From a candidate division WOR-3 bacterium (GTDB lineage Bacteria > Hydrothermota > Tepidihabitantia > Tepidihabitantales > DTDR01), in contig JBDRVN010000003.1 of the NCBI GenBank assembly GCA_039801885.1, positions 3-64,002 of the forward strand: 64,000 bases of DNA. Direction: 5' to 3'. Shown in pieces: positions 19,348 through 28,445 of the stretch. The translations under genes were made by a program, and so were the position numbers. Every line of letters begins with the position of its first letter. The first letter of the stretch is position 1. The notes under the pieces are model-generated. The model saw nothing but the letters and a program-made list of their open reading frames with translations, was not told the origin of the DNA and ran no database searches.

Positions 19348-20519
19348 ACTTTGGCCAAGGCTTGTTTCAAATCTTCAATGATATCTTCCGCATCTTCAAT
19401 TCCTACCGACATTCGAACGAGCCCTTCACTAATTCCTGATTTTTCCAAATCTTCTTTAGAATAAGTAAAATGGGTCATTGAGGCTGGATGTTCAATGAGA
19501 GTTGCGGTATCTCCTAAACTCACCGCGCAAACGCATAATTTAATATTGTTCATTAATTTTCTTCCGGCTTCCCGACCGCCCTTTAATTCAAAAGCAATCA
19601 TACCGGAGAAACCATTCATCTGTTTTTTAGCAATCTCATATTGGGGATGGGAGGGAAGCCCAGGATAAGAGACCCACTGTATTTTTGGATGGTTCTCTAA
19701 GAATTGAGCAACTTTTAATCCGTTTTCGTTATGTTTACTCATTCTTAATGCCAAAGTTTTTAAACCTCTTAATAATAACCAGGCGTTAAAGGGGCTAATA
19801 ACCGCGCCAAAATTTCTTATCAAATTTTCTTTTAAGTTTTTAATTGTCTCTTTATCACTAATTACTACTCCACCTAAAGTGTCACCATGACCGGAGATAT
19901 ATTTTGTGGCAGAGTGCAGAGAGATGTCGGCTTTTAGTTTTAAAGGTTTTTGATTAAAAGTAGTAGCAAAAGTATTATCAACAACAACTTTGGCATTATA
20001 CCGATGAGCAATTTCGGAGATTTCTTCGATATCAATAACTTCAATTGTTGGGTTTGTAGGAGTTTCAATAAAAACGATTTTGGTTCTTTTGTTTATCTTC
20101 TTTTTTAATTCCTCTGCAAAATTTTTGGCCATAAGCCATTCAGCTTTTATTCCCAAATTAGGAAGAATGGAAGTAAAAAGGGAATAAGTACAACCATAGA
20201 TAGGATAGGAGGCTAAAATTTCGTCACCGGCTTTTATTAAGGAAAAAATTACCGCACTTATTGCTGCCATTCCGGAAGCAAAAGCGCAAGCATCTTCTCC
20301 TTCTTCTAAAAATGCCATTTTTTCTTCAAAAGCCTTAATCGTTGGGTTTCCTAAGCGAGTATAAAAATAACCTTCTTTTTCTTTAGCAATAATACCGGCA
20401 CCTTCTTCGGCAGAGGAAAATGTAAAAATTGCTGTTTGATAAATTGGTACCGATAAAGAACGAGTAAATTTTTCTCCTAAAACCTCTTTTCCATGAACAT
20501 ATTTAGTAAATTCACGCAT
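19344..20519 (-). CDS. Cys/Met-metabolism PLP-dependent enzyme (methionine gamma-lyase / cystathionine gamma-synthase family)
   Basis: SATKYISGHGDTLGG PLP-lysine motif. Start chosen at MREFTKYV (ATG 20519) because AAGGAG lies upstream; the track ORF extends to 20567. Confidence 0.8.
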   Translation of the reverse strand: MREFTKYVHGKEVLGEKFTRSLSVPIYQTAIFTFSSAEEGAGIIAKEKEGYFYTRLGNPTIKAFEEKMAFLEEGEDACAFASGMAAISAVIFSLIKAGDEILASYPIYGCTYSLFTSILPNLGIKAEWLMAKNFAEELKKKINKRTKIVFIETPTNPTIEVIDIEEISEIAHRYNAKVVVDNTFATTFNQKPLKLKADISLHSATKYISGHGDTLGGVVISDKETIKNLKENLIRNFGAVISPFNAWLLLRGLKTLALRMSKHNENGLKVAQFLENHPKIQWVSYPGLPSHPQYEIAKKQMNGFSGMIAFELKGGREAGRKLMNNIKLCVCAVSLGDTATLIEHPASMTHFTYSKEDLEKSGISEGLVRMSVGIEDAEDIIEDLKQALAKV

Positions 20520-20574
20520 AAATTCTCCTTTTTTAAAAAATATTAACAAACTACTTTTAAAAATCAATAATTTT

Positions 20575-20582
20575 TGTATAAT
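20575..20582 (+). promoter_or_regulatory. Extended -10 (TGTATAAT) ending 5 nt before the ATG at 20588, leaderless configuration
   Basis: Read in sequence: ttttTGTATAATataaaATG. Confidence 0.35.
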
Positions 20583-20587
20583 ATAAA

Positions 20588-21178
20588 ATGAAAACTAAAG
20601 AAGAGATAAGAAAAGATATTTGGGAATATATGGAAAGAAATAATCTTGTGATTTTCCCCGTACCTTGTTATGGAAGAATACCTAATTTTATAGGTAGCGA
20701 GAAGGCAGCGAGAAAATTATACGAAATTAAAGAGTTTTTAAGGGCCCAAGGAGTATTTTCTGCGCCCGATAGTGTTTTAAAAGAAGCAAGAAGGATAATA
20801 TTAAAAGAAGGTAAAAGTCTAATTGTTGCCCTACCTCATATCGAGGGTTATTTAGAAATAAAAGGGAAAGAAATCGCAGATAAAGCAATAACTATTAAAA
20901 ATTTTAAGAAATACGGTAAAGAACCAAAGACTTTTGTTGAAGTTTTTATTCAAGGAAGTGTGGCAGTAGATTTGAAAGGAAATCGTTTAGGAAAAGGGAA
21001 GGGTTACGGTGATAAAGAATATTATGATTTGAAAAATAAAGAATTAATTAAAAAACCCTTAGTAATTACTATTGTTCATGATTGTCAAGTTTTAGAAGAT
21101 TTTTCTTATTTAGCCGAGCCTCACGACGTTAAAGTAGATGTGATATTAACTCCGACAAGAATAATTAGAATTAGTTAA
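20588..21178 (+). CDS. 5-formyltetrahydrofolate cyclo-ligase family protein
   Basis: Size of 196 aa and the LGKGKGYGDKEYYD motif (the G-G-YYD signature of the MTHFS family). Confidence 0.65.
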   Translation: MKTKEEIRKDIWEYMERNNLVIFPVPCYGRIPNFIGSEKAARKLYEIKEFLRAQGVFSAPDSVLKEARRIILKEGKSLIVALPHIEGYLEIKGKEIADKAITIKNFKKYGKEPKTFVEVFIQGSVAVDLKGNRLGKGKGYGDKEYYDLKNKELIKKPLVITIVHDCQVLEDFSYLAEPHDVKVDVILTPTRIIRIS

Positions 21179-21706
21179 CAAATTAGTTGTTTCCTCTTTT
21201 AGAATTTTTAATAGTTGATTTCGGTTTTCCAAAGTTATTTCGTGGATTTTTACTTTTGATAATGATTTTAGGTTTTCAATAAATTTAATTTTGGAAATAG
21301 GGATAGTAGCAATGATAATTTTATCTAATTTAAAGATTTCGATTACTTTCTCTCTAAAATTTTTGGAGAAAAGCTCCATTTTACCAATTTCGTCTATCAG
21401 AATAATTTTCTTTTTGTTTACTAAATTTAACTCAGGGATAATTAATTTTTCAAAATTTTGGATATCTACATAATATTTAGAGACTTTGTATTGTGAGAGA
21501 AGATTAATGTGAGCTAAAATCCCTTCGCCCTTATGAAAGGTGATGGTTTTAAAACCCACTCTCTTATTTTTTTCTCTTATTTCTTCGGTATAAAATCCGC
21601 AGATATCTTTCAAATTAAAAGATAAAGCAAGTTTTTTAATCAAAGATGTTTTTCCGATGCCTGGTTTACCGGTAATTAAAAATATTGATTTGTTTGAAAA
21701 TTTCAT
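21146..21706 (-). CDS. Nucleoside-triphosphatase THEP1-like (NTPase_1 family)
   Basis: IFLITGKPGIGKTSLIKK Walker A in a small roughly 180-aa P-loop protein, with typical THEP1 layout. Confidence 0.6.
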   Translation of the reverse strand: MKFSNKSIFLITGKPGIGKTSLIKKLALSFNLKDICGFYTEEIREKNKRVGFKTITFHKGEGILAHINLLSQYKVSKYYVDIQNFEKLIIPELNLVNKKKIILIDEIGKMELFSKNFREKVIEIFKLDKIIIATIPISKIKFIENLKSLSKVKIHEITLENRNQLLKILKEETTNLLTNSNYSCRS

Positions 21707-21721
21707 TATTATAATTTTAAA

Positions 21722-21795
21722 GGGCGGTTAGCTCAGTTGGTTAGAGCGTCGGTCTCACATACCGAAGGTCAGAGGTTCAACTCCTCTACCGCCCA
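21722..21795 (+). tRNA. tRNA-Val (anticodon CAC)
   Basis: Cloverleaf: acceptor GGGCGGT/ACCGCCC, D-arm GCTC...GAGC, anticodon stem TCGGT/ACCGA with loop CTCACAT, T-arm AGAGG-TTCAACT-CCTCT, discriminator A. Confidence 0.85.
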
Positions 21796-21808
21796 TTAAA
21801 AATTTAAG

Positions 21809-22132
21809 TTAACTTTCTTGAGGAAAATTGATTTTAAGAATTTCGACCTCGGTTAATAAAGGTCGGAATCCCTTCTTTCGACGATAATTTTCTCTTCGCC
21901 GAAATTTAAAAACGATAATTTTTTCTCCTTTAAAATGAGATAATACCTTAGCTTCTATTGAAGCACCTTCAACTTTTGGTGTTCCTATCCATACTTTGTC
22001 ATTGGACTTTAAAAATAATATTTCATTAAATCTAACAATTTCTCCTATTTCTGCCTTAATTCGGGGAATAATTAGTTTTTCGCCTTCTTTTACAAAATAC
22101 TCAAATCCTTTAATTTCAGCGATTGCAAACAT
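21809..22132 (-). CDS. rplU: 50S ribosomal protein L21
   Basis: MFAIAEIKGFEYFVKEGE...KFRRRENYRRKKGFR aligns with bL21 over its full length. Confidence 0.85.
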   Translation of the reverse strand: MFAIAEIKGFEYFVKEGEKLIIPRIKAEIGEIVRFNEILFLKSNDKVWIGTPKVEGASIEAKVLSHFKGEKIIVFKFRRRENYRRKKGFRPLLTEVEILKINFPQES

Positions 22133-22133
22133 T

Positions 22134-22409
22134 TTATCTTCTTTGTTGTTCAGTAGTAGTTGTTCTTTGTTGTGTTCTTTGAATTCTTGGTTGAGAAGTT
22201 AATACCAAACCTATTGATGTAATTAAGAGTAAAGCAGCTACCGCCGAAGTTATTTTAATCATAAAAGGAGAAATACCGCTGCCGCCAAAAATTGATTCGC
22301 CGCCACCAAAAATTAAAGACATACCGCCTTTTTGGGGTTGTTGCAAAAGAACAATAAATATTAAAATTAAACATACTAAAATATGTAGAATTAATAAAAA
22401 AGTAAACAT
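22134..22409 (-). CDS. secG: Preprotein translocase subunit SecG
   Basis: Two TM segments flanking the QQPQKGGMSLIFGGGESIFGG glycine-rich loop typical of SecG. Confidence 0.8.
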   Translation of the reverse strand: MFTFLLILHILVCLILIFIVLLQQPQKGGMSLIFGGGESIFGGSGISPFMIKITSAVAALLLITSIGLVLTSQPRIQRTQQRTTTTEQQRR

Positions 22410-22433
22410 ATTTTTTATTTTAACAAAAAATTT

Positions 22434-23189
22434 TTATAAATCAAGATTAACAATTTGAACAAATTCATCTAATTTTATACTAGCACCGCCAATTAATGCT
22501 CCATCAATTTCTTTTTCTTTTAATAAATCTTTAATATTATCTTTATTTACACTGCCGCCATAAATAATTCTTAAATTTTCGCTAACCTCTTTTCCATAAT
22601 TTTTTAAAATAAAATCACGAATGAAACTATGAACTTCGCTCGCTTGTGTTGGAAGGGCATTTATGCCGGTTCCAATTGCCCAAACCGGTTCGTAAGCAAT
22701 CACCATTCCCTTTAATTCCTTTATATCTTTTAACCCATTTTTTAATTGATTTTCAATAACTGTTAAAGTTTTTCCTGCCTTCCTTTCCTCTAAATTTTCT
22801 CCGATACAAAATATCGGTTTTAGACCACTACTTAAAGCTTTTTTAATTTTCTTATTTATCAGCTCATCGGTTTCAAAAAAATATTTTCTTCTTTCCGAAT
22901 GACCGATTATTACGTACTCACAACCCAAGGCGATTAAAAATTGTGGCGAAATTTCTCCGGTGAAAGCTCCCTTATCTTCCCAGTGAATATTTTGGGCACC
23001 TAATTTGATTTTGTTATTTTTAATAACCTCTGATACCGTAAAGAGAGTGGTAAAAGGTGGGAAAATAACAATTTCTTTTTCTTCAATATTTCTAATTGAT
23101 TGTAATAACTTTTCAACAAATTCTTTCCCTTCTAAATGGTTAAAATTCATTTTCCAATTACCACCGATAAAGACTTTTCTTTTTTTCAT
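22434..23189 (-). CDS. tpiA: Triosephosphate isomerase
   Basis: GGNWKMN, IIGHSERR and AYEPVWAIGTG motifs. Confidence 0.9.
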   Translation of the reverse strand: MKKRKVFIGGNWKMNFNHLEGKEFVEKLLQSIRNIEEKEIVIFPPFTTLFTVSEVIKNNKIKLGAQNIHWEDKGAFTGEISPQFLIALGCEYVIIGHSERRKYFFETDELINKKIKKALSSGLKPIFCIGENLEERKAGKTLTVIENQLKNGLKDIKELKGMVIAYEPVWAIGTGINALPTQASEVHSFIRDFILKNYGKEVSENLRIIYGGSVNKDNIKDLLKEKEIDGALIGGASIKLDEFVQIVNLDL

Positions 23190-23195
23190 TTTGAA

Positions 23196-24362
23196 TTATA
23201 AAAGAACTTTCAATCCTGGTAATTCCTTTCCTTCTAAAAATTCTAAGGTAGCACCACCCGCCATGGATAGAAATGAGAATTTATCAGCATAATTAAATTT
23301 ATTTATCGCCGCAATAGTATCTCCCCCTCCTGCTAAACTAAAAGCACCATTTTGAGAGGCTTGAGAGATTGCTTTTATAATTTCTCTTGTTCCGCAGCTA
23401 AAAGGTTCAATTTCAAATATTCCTAAAGGACCACAGAGGATAATTGTTTTTGTTTCACAAATTATTTTTACATATTGAGTAATTGTTTCTTTGCCGATAT
23501 CAACACCATAGTAATCCTTTCTTATTTCTCTTATCGGTGTATTATAATAATGAGCATTTTCGGAGATTTCGGAAGCAATTAAAACATCAATAGGTAAAAT
23601 TAACTTTTCTTCTTTGGCTAAATATTCTCCTTCTTTTAAAAGATTTTCTTCATAAATTGATTTACCAATTTCGTATCCCAAGGCTTTAAAGATGGTAAAA
23701 ATAACACCACCACCCAATAGAACCTTATCTACCTTTGGTAAAAAATTTTTTATCACTCCTAATTTATCAGAAATTTTTGCTCCACCAATTATTAAGATTG
23801 CTGGTCTTTTAACATCTTCTAATACTTTTTTTAAGTTTTCAACTTCTTTTAAAACCTGGAAGCCAGCACATTTCTCTTTTATAAATTGGGTAATACCAAC
23901 GATAGAAGCGTGCGCCCGATGAGAAGCAGAAAAAGCATCGTTCACATACACATCTATCTCCTTAGCTAATTCTTTTGCGAAGTTTAAATCATTTTTTTCT
24001 TCCTCTTCGTAAAATCTTAAGTTTTCTAATAAATAGATTTCGCCAAGTTTAGCTTTTCTTTTTGTTTCTAAAACTTTTTTCCCCACACAATCGTCTAAAA
24101 AAATTACTTCTTTATTTAAAAGTTTTGACAAATAAGAAGCAATTGGAAATAAAGAAAACTCCTTTTTTTTCTCTCCTTTTGGTCTTCCTAAGTGGGAGGC
24201 GATAAAAAGAGTATTAGGAAAATTTAAGACATAGAAAATAGTTTCTAAGGAAGCCTGAATTCGGGAGTCATCCAGAATTTTACCTTCTTTTAAAGGAATG
24301 TTATAATCTACTCTTAAAAATATTTTTTTGTAATTTAAATCAATATCTTTTACCGATTTCAT
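23196..24362 (-). CDS. pgk: Phosphoglycerate kinase
   Basis: RVDYNIP, SHLGRPKG and GGGD/ATLEFLEGK patterns. Confidence 0.9.
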   Translation of the reverse strand: MKSVKDIDLNYKKIFLRVDYNIPLKEGKILDDSRIQASLETIFYVLNFPNTLFIASHLGRPKGEKKKEFSLFPIASYLSKLLNKEVIFLDDCVGKKVLETKRKAKLGEIYLLENLRFYEEEEKNDLNFAKELAKEIDVYVNDAFSASHRAHASIVGITQFIKEKCAGFQVLKEVENLKKVLEDVKRPAILIIGGAKISDKLGVIKNFLPKVDKVLLGGGVIFTIFKALGYEIGKSIYEENLLKEGEYLAKEEKLILPIDVLIASEISENAHYYNTPIREIRKDYYGVDIGKETITQYVKIICETKTIILCGPLGIFEIEPFSCGTREIIKAISQASQNGAFSLAGGGDTIAAINKFNYADKFSFLSMAGGATLEFLEGKELPGLKVLL

Positions 24363-24368
24363 TGTTAT

Positions 24369-25379
24369 TTATTTTAAATTTTTAGCTACTAACTCAGCCA
24401 ATTCTACTACTCGGCAAGAATATCCCCATTCGTTATCATACCAAGCATACACTTTAACAAAATTTTCCTCAATTACTTCGGTAAGAGTAGCATCAAAAAT
24501 ACAGGAATAAGGATTGCCAATGAAATCCTGAGAAACAAGTTCTTCTTCAATATATTGAAGATATTTATTTAGATAGGTTTCGCTGGCTTTTTTAAATACT
24601 TGATTTAGTTCTTCTTTATTGACCCTCTTTTTCACAACACAAGATAAATCCACCATTGAGACATTTGCTACCGGAACTCTTATAGCAACTCCGGAAATCT
24701 TTCCTTTTAATTCCGGAAAGATAATACCGATCATTTTTGCTGCGCCGGTACTAGTAGGAATCATAGATAAACCACAAGCTCGGGCTCGGCGTAGATCTTT
24801 ATGGGGAGCATCTAAAATTCTCTGGTCATTAGTATAAGCGTGAATTGTCGTCATATAACCAGAAAGGATTTTAAAATTTTCGTGGAGAACTTTTATTAAT
24901 AGTAAAAGGCAATTGGTAGTACAAGAGGCATTAGAAATAATATGGTCTTTTTCTGGTTCATAATTTTTTTCATTTATTCCTAAAACAAAAGATTTAATCT
25001 CTTTTTCATCCTTGGGAGGAGCAGTTAAGATTACTTTTTTAGCACCATTTTTAAGATGATTTTCTAATTCTTCTTTTTTACGAAATACACCGCTTGCCTC
25101 AATTACAATGTCAACCTTTAATTTTTCCCAGGGTAAATTTTTAATATCTTTTTCATTTAAGACAAGAATTTCTCGTCCCTTTACGACCAATTTATCCTTT
25201 TCCCCTTTAATTTCATAAGGAACTTGGCGATGGACAGAATCATACTTAAAGAGATGGGCTAAAACTTTACCATCCACTACATCATTAATTGCGATAAATT
25301 CTAAATTTTTATTTTCTAATCCAATTCTTAATACTAACCTTCCAATTCTCCCAAATCCATTTATTGCTACTTTAGCCAT
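24369..25379 (-). CDS. gap: Glyceraldehyde-3-phosphate dehydrogenase
   Basis: VAINGFGRIGR and ASCTTNCL motifs. Start set at MAKVAING (ATG 25379) with GGAGGAG upstream; the track ORF extends to 25430. Confidence 0.9.
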   Translation of the reverse strand: MAKVAINGFGRIGRLVLRIGLENKNLEFIAINDVVDGKVLAHLFKYDSVHRQVPYEIKGEKDKLVVKGREILVLNEKDIKNLPWEKLKVDIVIEASGVFRKKEELENHLKNGAKKVILTAPPKDEKEIKSFVLGINEKNYEPEKDHIISNASCTTNCLLLLIKVLHENFKILSGYMTTIHAYTNDQRILDAPHKDLRRARACGLSMIPTSTGAAKMIGIIFPELKGKISGVAIRVPVANVSMVDLSCVVKKRVNKEELNQVFKKASETYLNKYLQYIEEELVSQDFIGNPYSCIFDATLTEVIEENFVKVYAWYDNEWGYSCRVVELAELVAKNLK

Positions 25380-25449
25380 CTTCTCCTCCAAATAATTTTT
25401 TATTATAAATAAACTTGAAAAAAAAATCAAGTTTTGGTATTTTTAGATA

Positions 25450-26841
25450 ATGAAAGTAAATTTAGCCGGTTATAATGTAGACATAAAGATTTTAGAGAAA
25501 ATACCTTCTCGGTATAAAAAGTTTTTAACACCAGAAAGTTTATCTTGTGCCTATGCGCGGATTAGCCGTTATGATTTACCGATTGATAAATTAAGAGAAA
25601 TTGCCTTAAAGGAAATTGAAAAAGCAAGAGAAACAAATAGAAGAATTATTTTTGAAATGGGACATTCTTCGGTTGCTGAACATAGTGTTTTTAATATTGA
25701 TATTATTAAAATATCCCGATTAGCAGTAGAAGAAGTTGAGCATTTTCGTTTAGCCTCTTATACGGAAAAATCCCAAAGATATGTAAAGTTAAAAGAAGGC
25801 TTTTTTATTCCCAAAGAAATAAAAAATACCAAAATTGAAAAAAGCTATAAAAAAATAGTGAGAAAACTTTTCGCTACTTATGAAGATTTTATAAAGAAAG
25901 GAATAGCTAAAGAAGATTCTCGCTATCTTTTACCTTTAGCTACTTATACTCAATTGGGTATGACAATAAATGCGCGTAGTTTAGAATATATGCTAAGAAG
26001 ATTTTCGGCATCTTTTTTACCAGAGATTAAAGAATTAGGTAAAAGGATTTTTAACAAAGTTAAAGAAATTGCTCCATCCCTTTTAAGATATTACCAGGCA
26101 ACCGATTATGAATCAAAAACTAAAGAAGAGTTAAAAAGATTTTCTGAAAAATTTTTAAAATTTAAAAACACCGAGGAAGAAGTTGAGGATGTTCGATTAA
26201 TTGCCTATTCCAATAATGATTTGATTTCCAAAACACTTCTTTACCCTTATCTTTCTGGTGCTTTTCCTAAGAATTTATCTTTAAGCACCGAAGAAAAAGA
26301 AGCAATTATTAAAAAAAGTTTAGAATATTTGGAGTTTTATAATGCTGTTCCAAGAGAATTTGAATTAGGATTTTTAATATTTGAAATTGTGATAAGTGCT
26401 ACCGCTTTTGCTCAATTGAAAAGGCATAGATTAATGACTTTGATAAGCCAATATTATAATCCGGAATTAAAATTTACTATTCCTCAATCTATTATTGAGA
26501 AAAATTTAGAAAGAGATTTTAGAGAAAAAATGGAAGAGGTTGAAGAACTTTTTTATTCTTTAAAAGAAAAATTGGGAATTGAAAAAGCTCAATACATTTT
26601 GACAAATGCTCATCGAAAAAGAATTCTAATTGGTTTAAACCCCAGAGAACTTTATCACATCTCGCGATTAAGAGAAGATAAAGAAGCCCAATGGGAAATT
26701 AGAGATATTGCCCAAAAAATGAGCAATTTAGCCAAACAAAAAATGCCAGAGGTATTTCTTTTGATTGGCGGTAAGGATAAATATCCGGAAATCTATTATT
26801 CCCTTTACCATAAATATCCTAAATCAAAATATAGTAGATAA
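25450..26841 (+). CDS. thyX: FAD-dependent thymidylate synthase ThyX, apparently tandem-duplicated domain (463 aa)
   Basis: N-terminal half has HSSVAEHSVF and a degenerate EHFRLASYTEKSQRY motif. C-terminal half has a canonical QLKRHRLMTL RHR motif. Confidence 0.6.
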   Translation: MKVNLAGYNVDIKILEKIPSRYKKFLTPESLSCAYARISRYDLPIDKLREIALKEIEKARETNRRIIFEMGHSSVAEHSVFNIDIIKISRLAVEEVEHFRLASYTEKSQRYVKLKEGFFIPKEIKNTKIEKSYKKIVRKLFATYEDFIKKGIAKEDSRYLLPLATYTQLGMTINARSLEYMLRRFSASFLPEIKELGKRIFNKVKEIAPSLLRYYQATDYESKTKEELKRFSEKFLKFKNTEEEVEDVRLIAYSNNDLISKTLLYPYLSGAFPKNLSLSTEEKEAIIKKSLEYLEFYNAVPREFELGFLIFEIVISATAFAQLKRHRLMTLISQYYNPELKFTIPQSIIEKNLERDFREKMEEVEELFYSLKEKLGIEKAQYILTNAHRKRILIGLNPRELYHISRLREDKEAQWEIRDIAQKMSNLAKQKMPEVFLLIGGKDKYPEIYYSLYHKYPKSKYSR

Positions 26842-27252
26842 AATAACAATTGAGAAAAAAGATTTTCTTAAATTTAGTGATTGTTTTTATTCATTTTTGA
26901 TTTTCTTTTGACTAACAATAATTCTTTTGTTTTTTTTCTTAATAAACTTTTTGTGAGATTTTGGCAGATACTTCACAGGTTTTTCAGTTTTTTAGTTAAG
27001 AAAATATTACGCTAATGAAATTCCCTGATATAAAAATCAATTATTCTAATATTATAATATCCATAGCCAAAAACTGTTTTGATGGATTTTATTTATATTT
27101 ATAAAAGAGAAATATAAGTAAGTTTTATAAAAAAGGAAGAAAAAGATACTTGATTAAGAAATTGTTATTACTCAAAAAAAACAATAGTGAGGAGTATAAT
27201 AATCTAAAATAATAATTGGAAAATTAGTAAAATTTTATCTCTAAATTTAAAA

Positions 27253-27281
27253 TTGACAAATTTTTTATTTTTAAATATAAT
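27253..27281 (+). promoter_or_regulatory. Sigma70-like promoter TTGACA-17-TATAAT ending 6 nt before the ATG at 27288, leaderless configuration
   Basis: TTGACA at 27253-27258 and TATAAT at 27276-27281. No SD present. Confidence 0.4.
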
Positions 27282-27287
27282 ATAAAA

Positions 27288-28445
27288 ATGAGGATAAAAT
27301 TAGGTAAAAAATTTTTGATTAGCTATTTTGTATTTATCTTTCTGCTTCTGGCGATAATATTCTTTATTATTTCTTCTTTTCTCTTTCGAAAATTGGAAGA
27401 AGAGATAACTTTGCGGTCACGGATTTTTGCTAAATATATGTCAAAAACTCAAGAAGAAAATTGGGAAACCAGTTCTTACGAGTTAGATATAATTTTTGAG
27501 GAAATAATTAAAAAAATTGATTTTCCAGTGGTTGTCACCGATGATAAAGGTGAAATTGTCGCTTATCGGAATGTAGGGAAAAATCCAACAAAAGAAATAT
27601 TGAGAAAAAAAATAGAAAGTTTAAAGAAAGAAAAATCGCCAATTCCGATTTTAGTTAACATTGGTGATACAACAAAAATTCTCGGCGAAATTTATTATGG
27701 TTTATCTTCTTCTGCCAAATTTGTTCGTTTTTATCCTTATTATCTAATTTTAATTTTATTAATATTTATTTTTTTGGGAATTTGGGCAATTTTCATTTAT
27801 AAAAAAAGAGAGGAAGAGAAGTTATGGACCTTTTTAGCAAAAGAAACTGCCCATCAAATGGCAACACCGCTTTCTTCATTAATGGGTTGGCTTTTAACAC
27901 TAAAAGATAAAATTGAAAAAGATTATTACGAAGAAATGTCTTTGGATATAAAGAAAATGGAGATTGCTTTAGAAAGATTTTCACGGATAGGATTGCCCCC
28001 AAAATTGACTGAGACACCAATTAGAGAAGTTATTGAAAATGTTTGTCAGCATTTCCAAAAAAGGATGCCATTAAATATTGAATTAGTTTTGAATTTAAAA
28101 AGTAATCCTCTTTTACCTTTGGATGAAGTTCTTTTCGGCTGGAGTTTAGAAAATTTATTAAAAAATAGTGTAGATGCGATTGGTAATAATCCGGGGAGAA
28201 TAGAAATAAAAGAAGTTTTTCATAATGGCTATTACGAAATTCAAATAATTGACAGTGGCGAAGGAATAAATAAAAAGATTAAAAATAAAATTTTTCAGCC
28301 CGGTGTAACAACTAAAAGATACGGTTGGGGAATAGGTTTATCTTTAACAAAAAGAATTATTGAGGAATATCATAAAGGGAAATTGATACTAAAGGAATCA
28401 AAAAAGGGGAGAACGGTTTTTTCCATTATCTTAAAGAAAAAATGA
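27288..28445 (+). CDS. Sensor histidine kinase (PorY-like), two TM segments
   Basis: H-box ETAHQMATPLSSL and HATPase G-boxes (GWGIGLSL). Directly upstream of, and overlapping, the receiver-PglZ regulator. Confidence 0.65.
   Translation: MRIKLGKKFLISYFVFIFLLLAIIFFIISSFLFRKLEEEITLRSRIFAKYMSKTQEENWETSSYELDIIFEEIIKKIDFPVVVTDDKGEIVAYRNVGKNPTKEILRKKIESLKKEKSPIPILVNIGDTTKILGEIYYGLSSSAKFVRFYPYYLILILLIFIFLGIWAIFIYKKREEEKLWTFLAKETAHQMATPLSSLMGWLLTLKDKIEKDYYEEMSLDIKKMEIALERFSRIGLPPKLTETPIREVIENVCQHFQKRMPLNIELVLNLKSNPLLPLDEVLFGWSLENLLKNSVDAIGNNPGRIEIKEVFHNGYYEIQIIDSGEGINKKIKNKIFQPGVTTKRYGWGIGLSLTKRIIEEYHKGKLILKESKKGRTVFSIILKKK

Noticed and set aside
26842-27287. 445-bp AT-rich intergenic region before porY as a possible mobile-element scar or small gene
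   Set aside because: There are no inverted or direct repeats and no integrase or transposase fragments. The only candidate ORF (about 29 aa, MKFPDIKINY...) lacks an RBS. The region is best explained as a long promoter and regulatory region.
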